DNA of 17,281 bases from Octopus sinensis (GCF_006345805.1 NW_021824807.1:1-17281), one strand, 5' to 3'; shown: positions 1 to 9,144, counted from the stretch's first letter. Notes: generated by a model from the sequence alone, not told the origin. Program-made: numbers and translations.

Positions 1-29
1 AGAGATGTGGTGTACATATACGTGTATGC

Positions 30-228
30 CTGTGTTCGTTCATGTTATGTGTATGTGTGTGTATGTGTGTAAGAATGTACTTTCGTTATCGTGTATATAT
101 ACACAAATGTACACACACTCACAACCCGCCCCTACATGTACATATACATACACACATATTCAGATACATACATATATATATATATAGATGCATATATTAA
201 TATATATACATATATACATATGCATATA

Positions 229-272
<44 letters not shown>
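30..272. repeat. Mixed (TG)/(TA)/(CA) dinucleotide microsatellite
   Basis: Direct reading: GTGT, TATA and CACA runs. Confidence 0.9.
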
Positions 273-403
273 GTAAGCTGGCCTATAAAGAATTCTCCCA
301 CACCTTGCAGCAATCGCAGACAAGCTTCACCGTTCTGATTCCTCCTGCCAAATGACTCATCAATATTTCTGAGATGAAAGATTGTGACTAGAATAATATC
401 ATG

Positions 404-1100
404 GTAAATGGGTGGGTAAGGTGGTGGTAGTGATTGTGGTGGTGGTGATGGTGAAGGTGGTGGTGGTGGTGGTGGTGATATTGGTGGCGGAATTATTCGT
501 TATGGTTGTGGAGGTGGTAGCAGTAGTGTACGATGATGGTGGGGAAGTGGTGGTTCTGGAGGTGGTGATGTTGGTGGTTATTGTGGTGGTGGTGCTCGTA
601 GTGGTGGCGGTGGTTGCGATTGTGATTTTGTTGGTTGTGGTGATGATAGTGATGTTGATAATGGTGGTGGTGGTGGTGGTGGTAATTGTGGTCGTGGTGG
701 TAGTCATGGTGAGGGTCTTGATAGTGGTGTGGTGGTGGTGGTGGTGGTGGTAGTAATAGTAGAGTAGTAGCGACGGTGAATTACTGTAGGTGATATGTTG
801 TTGTGGTGGTGGTGGTTGTAGTTGTGGTGGTGGTAGTTGGTGATAGAGGCGGCTTGCGGTGATTGTTACGGCGGTGGTATTTGTAGGAGTGATAGATAGT
901 TTGAGTAGCGGTGGTAATTGTGGTGATGGTAAGAGTAGCAGCGGCAGTGATGGTAGCAGCCACAGTCGTGTCGGGAGTGACGGTGGTTGTGGAACTGGCA
1001 ATGGTATAGCAGCGACGGCAGTGTTTTAATGTTTGTGATGGAGGCGGCGAAGGCGGTGGTGGCAGCGGCGAAGGCGGTGGTGCTGGTGCTGGTGCTTGTG
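404..1100. repeat. Degenerate (GGT/GTG/GTA)n low-complexity tract
   Basis: Direct reading. It generates the poly-V/T/P ORFs in the track. Confidence 0.9.
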
Positions 1101-1124
1101 GCGGTGACGATGGCCGTCCTTGTA

Positions 1125-1893
1125 TTTATCCTAGTGACCGAGACTATTGGAAATATGCTGTGCTTGAGAAGACCCGGCAAGCCAAATGAGACTGTAACAT
1201 CGTGGCCTATGCCAGGGGTGTAACCAGCCCACTTATGCGTACCTTTCCTTCATTGGACACTAAACTCTGCTTGCGAAGACCTGTTGAGGCAACTGAAATC
1301 TAAATCAAATTCGATGACTGGCATCCATGCTAGTGGAGCGCTAAGAGCACCATCCGAGCGTGGCTTCGATGCCGGTGGCACGTAAAAAGCACCATTTGAG
1401 CGTGACCGTCACCAGCGTCGCCTTACTAGCACTTGTGCCGGTGGCACGTGAAAAGACATTCGAGCGAGGTCGTTGCCAGTGCCGCTGGACCGGCTCCTAT
1501 GCAGGTGGCACGTAAAAAGCACCATTCGAGCGTGACCGTCACCAGCATCGCCTTACTGGCACTTGTGCCGGTGGCACGTGAAAAGACATTCGAGCGAGGT
1601 CGTTGCCAGTGCCGCTGGACCGGCTCCTATGCAGGTGGCACGTAAAAAACATCATTCGAGCGTGGCCATTGCCAGTATCACCTAACTGGCCCTCGGGCCG
1701 GTGGCACGTAAAATCACCCACTACACTCTCGGAGTGGTTGGCGTTAGGAAGGGCATCCGGCTGTAGAAACTCTGCCAGATCAAGATTGGAGCGTGGTGCA
1801 GCCATCTGGTTCGACAGACCTCAGTCAAATCGTCCAACCCAGGCTAGTATGGAAAGCGGGCGTTAAACGATGATAATGTTGATGATGATGATG
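1125..1893 (+). mobile_element. Composite non-autonomous retroposon (SINE-like) with internal tandem array and (GAT)n tail
   Basis: Ends in ...GGAAAGCGGGCGTTAAAC followed by a GAT-repeat tail (1869-1893), an RTE-type 3' end. Contains GGTTGGCGTTAGGAAGGGCATCCGGCTGTAGAAA (~1736-1769), which I recall from conserved SINE central domains. The 5' boundary is approximate. Confidence 0.65.
1371..1715 (+). repeat. Tandem array of 64-66-bp units (A-B-A'-B'-C plus a partial sixth unit) with a 130-bp higher-order duplication
   Basis: GCMGGTGGCACGTRAAA starts at 1371, 1437, 1501, 1567, 1631 and 1697. 1371-1500 and 1501-1630 are nearly identical. Confidence 0.95.
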
Positions 1894-2023
1894 CTTGGTT
1901 TTGTTGTTCTTTAACACCAGTTGTGCCCTACAGAAGCAGACCTTAATGTTCTATATATTTAAGAGATGAGGAATTATGTACATTATTCACATTATTTACA
2001 TTTGACGGATATTAATCCTCGTC

Positions 2024-2855
2024 TTGTTTCTTCAGAGCTTTCTAGATGTCCGCTACTTACATTGATTACTACTTTCACAGGTGGGTGACGGACTTCAGTC
2101 TTCATTCTCTGACCTTTGAGTTTCATAAACTTCTTAACCTGGTGTGTCTTCACCATTTCAAATTATTTCATGTACGACTTTTCCAGATCTTGTTGGATTC
2201 TCTTTCTATCATCTTCTCTGATTATTTTCCTAAGTAATGAAGATAACCTCTCTTTGACTTCGTTATTTAATTGATGTTTATTTCCAACGGTTGTAATGGA
2301 TCCTCTCGGGGACGAGGGCGTGTCCTGTCCCTTCCGCTACTCTTCTAGCCTTATATGAATCCACTAAAGGGTAAAAGGGTAAAGACCCCCTTCGGTCATG
2401 AATGACCATGGGATTGCACCTAGAAAGTTACCCTCCTAGACACAAGTCCGGGCAAGGTTGTTTATGGAAGACAAGCAGTCGCCCATGCATACCAGCCTCC
2501 CCACTCTACACCACCAGTGTTATCCAAGGGAAAGACAAAGGTCGATACAGCTTGGCACCAGAGATGTCACAACTCATTTCTACAGCTGAGTGAACTGAAG
2601 CAACGTGAAATAAAGTGTTTTGCTCAAGAACACAACACGCAACCCGGTCCGGGATTCGAGCTCACAACCTCACGATCGTAAGCTCGACGCTCTAACCACT
2701 GAGCCATGCGCCTTCACTAGTGTCATTATATTCAAGCCAAGTGGTATTAGGTTTGAGTCTCTACATCTACACAGGAAAGTTAGAGGGTTTGAAAAACGAG
2801 TTAGTTTTTGATGGAGTTTCTCTATGTCTCCACTGAAGTCTAATGTCGGGCTCCG
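2024..2855 (-). pseudogene. Penelope-like ORF N-terminal domain remnant (stops, a frameshift, split by a SINE)
   Basis: With the SINE removed, my minus-strand translation is EKLHQKLTRFSNPLTFLCRCRDSNLIPLGLNIMTLVDSYKARRVAEGTGHALVPERIHYNRWK*. After a frameshift it continues ...THQVKKFMKLK...VVINVSSGHL. This matches the typical PLE N-terminal motifs (NHLxFLxRCRxxxLIPxGL, LxRERI, VINLS). Confidence 0.75.
2367..2717 (-). mobile_element. Full-length tRNA-derived SINE
   Basis: The minus strand begins GTGAAGGCGCATGGCTCAGTGGTTAGAGCG (A box) ... GAGCTCGAATCCCGG (B-box-like). A TTCTTGAGCAAAACACTT core follows, then a TTTACCC-repeat tail. CACTA is duplicated at 2362-2366 and 2715-2719. Confidence 0.85.
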
Positions 2856-3055
2856 TACCGATTAGATAATACAGTTCTATATTTAAGAGATGAGGAATTA
2901 TGTACATTATTCACATTATTTACATTTGACGGATATTATCCTCATCAAGATGTGGATAAATATCCGTCAAATGTAAATAATGTAAATAGAAGCAAACCTA
3001 TAACAAAAATTGCTTTTTAGGAACTCTTCCTCTGACGACATTATCAAATACAAAG

Positions 3056-3084
3056 ACACACGTACCACACACATATACAAACAC

Positions 3085-3128
<44 letters not shown>

Positions 3129-3143
3129 ACACACACACACACA
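3056..3143. repeat. (CA)n microsatellite
   Basis: Direct reading. Confidence 0.95.
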
Positions 3144-4354
3144 ACGTTTGCTCTTTCGTAATTTATTTGATTCATTTATAGCATCAACAAAGCATATACT
3201 CCATCTAATGAAAGATAAATATCATATGATATACAAAATAGGCTTTAAAAAAACGCTACGAATCGTTTCATGCCGAAGGAACACAATAAATTTGGTTGGT
3301 TTATATATCATGTCGTGTGCCTCAAAGCAATCCTCAGGCTCAGTGCATGCTGTTCGTCCTCTGTAAAAACCAGAACGCTGGTCTTTGAGAAAACATAAGA
3401 AAACACGAGAAGGTAAACGAGACTCGAAAAAGAAAATTACGTCCGCTTATGTGAAGGCAATTTTAAAAGCCGTTAAGCAAACCACTTGTCGTCTTTCTGA
3501 CAAATTGATAAAATTTAAGCTACTAAATTGGCGACACATATATGGGAGCTGAAGATTAAATGCACATAACTTAAAATTAATTATAAAATCGTGAACAAAT
3601 TTACGCATATATAAATTGGTCAAAGAGATGTAAGCTATACTTAGCTGAAAGATCTCATATTTTTAGATACAATAACTGAACCACACTACTTAATTTCAAA
3701 TCAGAATTTTTTAGAAAATGTAAGCACATGGAAAAATTTCGATTGTCGAACTGAAGCACACTACCCTCTCTGAATTGAGTAACAATCGCACAAACTTTGG
3801 TCTCAACTCTGTCAACTAGAAAAGACCGGTAGATAGGAATTGGCTACTGGAAGTTGAACGTGACCTTTCCGGTGCGCAAACATTTCAGAGACAGGGTCAC
3901 CTAACTAGTTAAGTTAGGTGACGGGGGTGCTACCACCGACAACGGGGCACGGGACATTCTGAAGGGAAAAATTAGAACAGTATCGCTTAGATATAGTACA
4001 GAGGTTAAGTTAGAAAACAATCGATCTACAGAATTTACCATTTAGGAGAGGCTCGTATGGCCCTCGACTATTCCTTCGACGTGAAACACGAAGGAAACGC
4101 AGTCCATGCTGAGGGCACGAAGTGTTCAAAGGGTCTTCGTAATGCAAGAGCAACGTGACAGCAAAGTGGATGCTACCACCCCCAAGTGAAAGTTGAGTCG
4201 GTCCAGGTGGGCGCTGGTGCCTAAGAGAAAAAAAGCGTTGGGAGGAAGGCAGCGGATTGGGGGACGCTAGGAATTTATTATAATAATATTATAGTATATA
4301 AAATATTTATCCATAAAAATAAGGGTGTAAGTGCTGAGGGTATTATGAGGCCAT

Positions 4355-4392
4355 GAGGGGTTACCGTGGCCCCAAAAGTTTGAGAACCTTTG
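4355..4392. mobile_element. Solitary hAT-like terminal inverted repeat end
   Basis: The reverse complement reads CAAAGGTTCTCAAACTTTTGGGGCC, like hAT (Charlie-type) CAGxGGTTCTCAAAC termini. It is followed by CTGTATAG (4393-4400), an 8-mer with central TA. I found no partner end. Confidence 0.45.
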
Positions 4393-4459
4393 CTGTATAG
4401 TAACCTACGTCTGGCGCGTAATCTCTACTTCCAAACAGATGAGTGCAGTTTTCCAGTAA

Positions 4460-4624
4460 CATAGTAGTAGTAGTAGCAGCAACAGCAGTAGGAGGAGAAG
4501 TGGTAGAATAGGAGAAGGAGGAGGAGCGGGAAGAGGAGGAAGAAGAGGAAGGGGAGGAGCAGGAGCAGGAGGAAGAGGGGGATCAGTAGTTGTAGTAGTA
4601 GCAGCAGCAGTAATAGTAGTAGCT

Positions 4625-4670
<46 letters not shown>

Positions 4671-5444
4671 CATGCAGCAGTAGTAGTAGTAGTAGTAGTT
4701 GAGGTTGCGATGGTGGGATTGGTGCTGGTGAGGTATGTAGTATAGGTGAACAGTATAGGTAAATGTATGTGGTAGGGGTCGTCATGTACGTGTGTGGGTG
4801 GCGGTGGCGGCGGCGGTGATGGTGGTGGTGGTGGTGGCGGTGGCGGTGGCGGTGGAAGGTGTGAACGGAGAGGTTTTAATATGGAAATTAAGTCATGCAT
4901 AGCAAACGACCTCACCATTTGCTGAAATATGCTCCGCCAGATATTTATAGCCATGCCGCGTATTTATGTAGACTAGTTGCGGCGGTGGTGGTGGTAGTGG
5001 TGTTTGGCGGTGGCAGTGGTGGTGGTAGTGGTAGTGGTGGTAGTGGTCGCGTGGGGGTGGGGGTAGTGGTGGTGACGGTGGCGGTTTTGGTCATGGTGCT
5101 GGTATAGGCGGTTTCGGTTCTTTGTAACAAAGCTGGTTGTGATGTTAGACAGTGGTGATGGTGGTGGTGGTGGCTTTGGTGGTGGTGGTGGTGGGGTGAT
5201 GTTAGTAGTGGTTGTACTTGTGGTGGTGGTGGTGGTGGTTGTACTTGTGGTGGTTGTGATGATGCAGATGGTGGTGGTTGCACTTGTGGTGGTGATGGTT
5301 GTGATGATGGTGGGGGTGGTGGTTGTACATGTGGTGGTGGTGGTTTTCATTCAACTAATGTTGATGGGTGTGATGGTGGTGGTAGTCATGGTGGTAATAG
5401 TTGAGTAGTAGTAGTGGTGGTGGTGGTGGTGGTTAGTAGTAGGG

Positions 5445-5492
<48 letters not shown>

Positions 5493-6778
5493 TAGTAGTA
5501 GTATTGGCTAGTGTTTGTAAAGGTTTAGGTGGTAGCAATGGTGGCAATGGTGGCCGCGGCGGTGGTCGTGGTGGTGGTGGTGGGTTTGACGTTGGTGTAG
5601 ATTGTGGCAACCCTTGAGATATCGCTGAAAGTGTCCGGCATAATGTTGAGGATAATGATGGCCACAACGGTTGTGGCGGTGGCGGCCGTGGTTAATGGTG
5701 GTGGTGGCGGCGGTGGTGGTGGTGGTGGTGGTGGCGGTGGTGGTGGTGGTGTGGTGGTGATGTTGGTGGTAGAGGTTTTGGATGGTGGCCTCGGCGTGCT
5801 TAATGTCTCTTTCGGGAGTTCCGGGGTGCTGATATGGGAGGTGATGGCTTTGGAGTGGCGGTGGAGAGGGGCCGTCTACGGACCCTTTGATGATGCCGAG
5901 TGAATTCTTGGTGATGGTGGGGGTGTTGTTGGTGCGGGGGAGGTAGATAACAGTGGTTACTGAGGTGGTGGCGGTGGTAGTGTCTTGGTGACAGTGGCGG
6001 TAATGGTGGTGGCGATGAGAGATGACGGTAGCAATGATGATGTTGGTCGTGGTTATGATGGTGGTGGTAGTGGTGGTGGTGGTAGTGGTGGTAGTGGTGG
6101 TTGTGGTGGTGGTGGTAGTGGTGGCGGTGGTGATGGTGGTGGTGGTGGTGGTAGTGGTGGTTGTGGTGGCGGTGGTGATGGTTGTGGTGGTGGTGGTAGT
6201 GGTGGTAGTGGTGGTTGTGGTGGTGGTGGTGGTGGTGGTGGTGGTAGTGGTGGTAGTGGTGGTTGTGGTAGTGGTGGTAGTGGTGGTAGTGGTGGTGGGG
6301 TGGTAGTGGTGGCGGTGGTGATGGTTGTGGTGGTAGTGGTGGTAGTGGTGGCGGTGGTGATGGTTGTGGTGGTGGTGATTGTGGTGGTAGTGGTGGCGGT
6401 GGTGGTAGCGGCGAAGGGCGGCGGCGACGGTGGTGATCTTTGTAGTGATGGTATATGTGATATGGGTGGTATTTGGAGTGGCGGTGGTGGTGCAGGGAAA
6501 CAGGTTGTGTTTGGCGATGATGACGATGGCGGAGATGAATGCCGTGTTTTTTGTTTTTTTGTTTGTGTTGGTGACAGTTGTTGTTGTTGTTGTTATTGTT
6601 GTACTAGTGATTGCAGGAGATGGTGGAGGTTTATGATGATGATGATGATGATCACGATAATAACGACGACGATGATGATGAAGATGACGATGATGACGAT
6701 AATGACGACGATGATGATGATGATGATGATAATGACGACGATGATGATGATGATAATGATGACGACGATAATGACGAC

Positions 6779-6811
<33 letters not shown>

Positions 6812-6889
6812 AATGATGACGACGATAATGACGACGATGATGATGATGATGATGATGATGATGATAATGATGACGACGATAATGACGAC

Positions 6890-6925
<36 letters not shown>

Positions 6926-6949
6926 AATGATGACGACGATAATGACGAC

Positions 6950-6982
<33 letters not shown>

Positions 6983-7534
6983 AATGATGACGACGATAAT
7001 GACGACGATGATGATGATGATGATGATGATGTCGACGATGCTGCTGCTGATGATGATGACGACAACGACGACGACGATGATGATGATGATGACGATGATG
7101 ACGACGATGGTGCTGCTGCTGCTGAAGATGATGACGACGACAACGACGATGATGATAATGGCGTGGTGATGGTGATGGACGTGGTGATGGTGTGGTTATT
7201 ATGCTATTGTAGTGCTGCAGTAGTGCTGTTGGGTTGAGGTCGTAGTTGCTATGGTAACTGTGACGGTTGTGCCGACGACGATGAACGATAATCACAAAAT
7301 ATATCCATGCGTTGTGGTGCTGGAATTCATGGTCGTATATCGTCGTAGCCATTGTTGTTGCTGTTGTTGTTATTGCTGCTGCTGTTGTTTTGTTGCTGTT
7401 GTTGTTGCTGCTGTTGTCGTTGTTGCTACTACTGATGTGGTTGTTGTTGCTGCTGCTGCGGTTGTTGTTGTTGTTGTTGTTATTGCTGCTGCTGCTGTTA
7501 TTGTTTTGTTGCTGTTGTTGTTATTGCTGTTATT

Positions 7535-7597
<63 letters not shown>

Positions 7598-7640
7598 ATT
7601 GTTGTTGTTGTTGCTGCTGCTGCTGCAGTTGTTGTTGTTT
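4460..7640. repeat. 3.2-kb compound trinucleotide tract (GTA, GAG, GGT, GAT/GAC, GTT/GCT blocks with short complex islands)
   Basis: Direct reading. It explains the poly-T/H/G/D/S/L/V ORFs. Confidence 0.9.
6750..7030. repeat. Higher-order repeat within the (GAT)n tract: GATAATGATGACGACGATAATGACGAC(GAT)n, five copies
   Basis: NDDDDN recurs five times in ORF 6611-7237, with variable poly-GAT spacers. Confidence 0.85.
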
Positions 7641-7700
7641 AGCCCTAGGCTGGTCCTTATTAAGCAGACTTTTGAACAATGGAAATTAAGAGCCACGATT
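7620..7700 (-). mobile_element. Possible retroposon 3' end with (CAA)n tail
   Basis: On the minus strand, ...CCAGCCTAGGGCTAAACAACAAC runs into the repeat. The family resemblance is from memory only. Confidence 0.3.
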
Positions 7701-7750
7701 CAGCCGTAATGAAATTGCAAGAAGGCAGCAACACTGTACGGCGGTGACAA

Positions 7751-7967
7751 AGAAGTGAAACCCAAAACTGCATGCTGAAAGCGACCAATCAAACCATTAA
7801 GCCTGCATCATCCTTCAACTACCTTAGAACTTTGATCACAGACGATGCAAGATGTGTGACGGAGATCAAAAGACGAATATTGCTGAGAGAACTCTCCGTT
7901 CTCAAAATTGTATAACGCTCTGAGAATCCGCACTCTGAGCGTCAAGACACAGATCCATGAATTGGAC
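7751..7967 (+). pseudogene. RTE-clade LINE reverse transcriptase C-terminal fragment
   Basis: Translation from 7751 gives RSETQNCMLKATNQTIKPASSFNYLRTLITDDARCVTEIKRRI. A shifted frame gives FSKLYNALRIRTLSVKTQI. Both match the RTE motif VxxFxYLGSxITxDGRCxxEIKRRI..AF.KL. Confidence 0.8.
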
Positions 7968-8380
7968 TTACTCTTTACTCTTTTACTCTTTTACTTGTTT
8001 CAGTCATTTGACTGCGGCCATGCTGGAGCACCGCCTTTGGTCGAGCAAATCGACCCCGGGACTTATTCTTTGTAAGCCCAGTACTTATTCTATCGGTCTC
8101 TTTTTGTCGAACCGCTAAGTGACGGGGACATAAACACACCAGCATCGGTTGTCAAGCGATGCTAGGGGGACAAACACAAACACACACACATACACACATA
8201 TATATATACATATATACGACGGGCTTCTTTCAGTTTCTGTCTACCAAATCCACTCACAAGGCATTGGTCGGCCCGGGGCTTTAGCAGAAGACACTTGCCC
8301 AAGATTCCACGCAGTGGGACTGAACCCGGAACCTTGTGGTTGGTTAGCAAGCTACTTACCACACAGCCACTCCTGCGCCT
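7968..8380 (-). mobile_element. Full-length tRNA-derived SINE with internal TA/TG microsatellite (family copy 1)
   Basis: Minus-strand head AGGCGCAGGAGTGGCTGTGTGGTAAG...GGTTCAGTCCC (A and B boxes), an internal microsatellite, and a (GTAAAAGA)n tail. Homologous copies lie at 11896, 12546, 16405 and 16592. Confidence 0.9.
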
Positions 8381-8404
8381 GATATAAAAATTTTAAAAAG
8401 TTGC

Positions 8405-8516
8405 CTTGTCGGGTCATGTCGACTCATTAAGGGCCGGTTTCCCTGTTTTCATGGTGTATATATTACCCACATGGGGCGCCGGTCTATCACAAGATTATTT
8501 TTGCCAGCTGAGTGGC
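8405..8516 (-). mobile_element. SINE 3' fragment related to the 2367-2717 element
   Basis: Shares ATTT..CAGCTGAGTG with 2577-2591. The rest resembles a SINE tail recalled from memory. Confidence 0.4.
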
Positions 8517-8658
8517 TGTGTTATTGGACGTTCAGGAAAGGAAAAAAAAGAAAGAGAATTTCAAGTTTCGAGCGGAGCTCTTCACCAGAAATATAGAAAA
8601 AGTCCAAAGAAGGGAAGACGGAGAAAGAAAATCGCCAACGATACACAAACGGTCACAT
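8517..8658 (-). mobile_element. Penelope-like 3' tail (family with GAGCTCCGCTC stem)
   Basis: The reverse complement aligns with 12754-12850: TTCCCTTCT.TGGA, GAAGAGCTCCGCTCGAAAC, GA.CGTCCAATA. Confidence 0.65.
8559..8591 (-). ncRNA. Degenerate minimal hammerhead-like motif
   Basis: Minus strand reads TTT-CTGGTGA-A-GAGC.TCC.GCTC-GAAA-CTTG-AAA. The core has A6G and the cleavage triplet is altered, so it is probably inactive. Confidence 0.5.
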
Positions 8659-8679
8659 ATTGAAATATATATATATATA

Positions 8680-8925
8680 TCTCTTATTATAAAAGGCAGA
8701 TTTTATCTGCCTCCCTTTGGGAGTTATACAAATCTACAATATAGGATTTCTTCAATTACAATTTACCTAGCATTTTTGAGAGTACAATGCATCGCGTCAT
8801 GCCAGGTCCAGTTTTTAAAATTTAAACTCCAATTAAGCAAAATTTACAGAAAACTCACATTCTGGTGTGTGTGTCAAATGCTTTTCTTAGTCTGGTTTAC
8901 ACCACACGCAAACGCACACACACCA
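8680..8925 (+). mobile_element. Candidate Helitron-type 5' portion
   Basis: Starts A|TCTCTTATTATAAAA after a TA run, with an 8-bp subterminal hairpin (8694-8712). I saw no 3' CTRR end. The right boundary is a guess. Confidence 0.35.
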
Positions 8926-9144
8926 GTGTGCTACGAATAAAGTGAAACTATTCAGTGTGTTGACAGGTAGACAATAGAATGCGATGACGACTATGACGAT
9001 GATAGATACATGAGTAAAATGTATGGGAAGCTAAGAGATAATAGTGAGTGAAAAGTTCTTGAAGAGAGTAAATTGCCAGAGAGAGTGATTGAGGAAGACT
9101 TTACATTAAATAACCGTAGTGGCTTGTGTTAGTAATAAAGTAAA

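Larger units (their letters stand above)
1948..2990 (-). mobile_element. Internally deleted Penelope-like element with ~75-bp direct terminal repeats and an inverted partial tail
   Basis: Direct repeats at 1948-2023 and 2874-2946 (GTTCTATA..AAGAGATGAGGAATTATGTACATTATTCACATTATTTACATTTGACGGATATT). An inverted copy lies at 2959-2983. A PLE N-terminal ORF remnant lies between the direct repeats. Confidence 0.75.

Noticed and set aside
311-403. Plus-strand exon between TTGCAG and GTAAAT
   Set aside because: All three frames contain stops.
1371-1715. True CRISPR array
   Set aside because: The spacer-like blocks are duplicated and related to each other, the repeats are degenerate, there are no cas genes, and the context is a eukaryotic retroposon.
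2645-2717. tRNA gene
   Set aside because: It is a SINE head continuing into body and tail, with poor acceptor and anticodon stems. The same applies to the heads at ~8310-8380, 11896 and 16592.
3901-3918. Telomeric repeat (CCTAAC/GTTAGG)
   Set aside because: Only single motifs within a hairpin; there is no array.
5690-6400. G-quadruplex-specific function
   Set aside because: (GGT)n gives only two-tier potential and is inherent to the repeat. Nothing specific supports a role.
5985-7169. Gly/Ser/Cys-rich then Met-rich 394-aa ORF
   Set aside because: Variants of GGT occur at all three codon positions with no synonymous bias, and the tail is (ATG)n. It is a repeat artefact.
5508-7352. 614-aa His/Thr-rich minus-strand ORF as a gene (for example a beak-type His-rich protein)
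   Set aside because: G/T-rich triplet repeats rarely contain TTA/CTA/TCA in a given frame, so long minus-strand ORFs are expected. The composition switches between H, T and P with repeat phase, and there is no domain or signal peptide.
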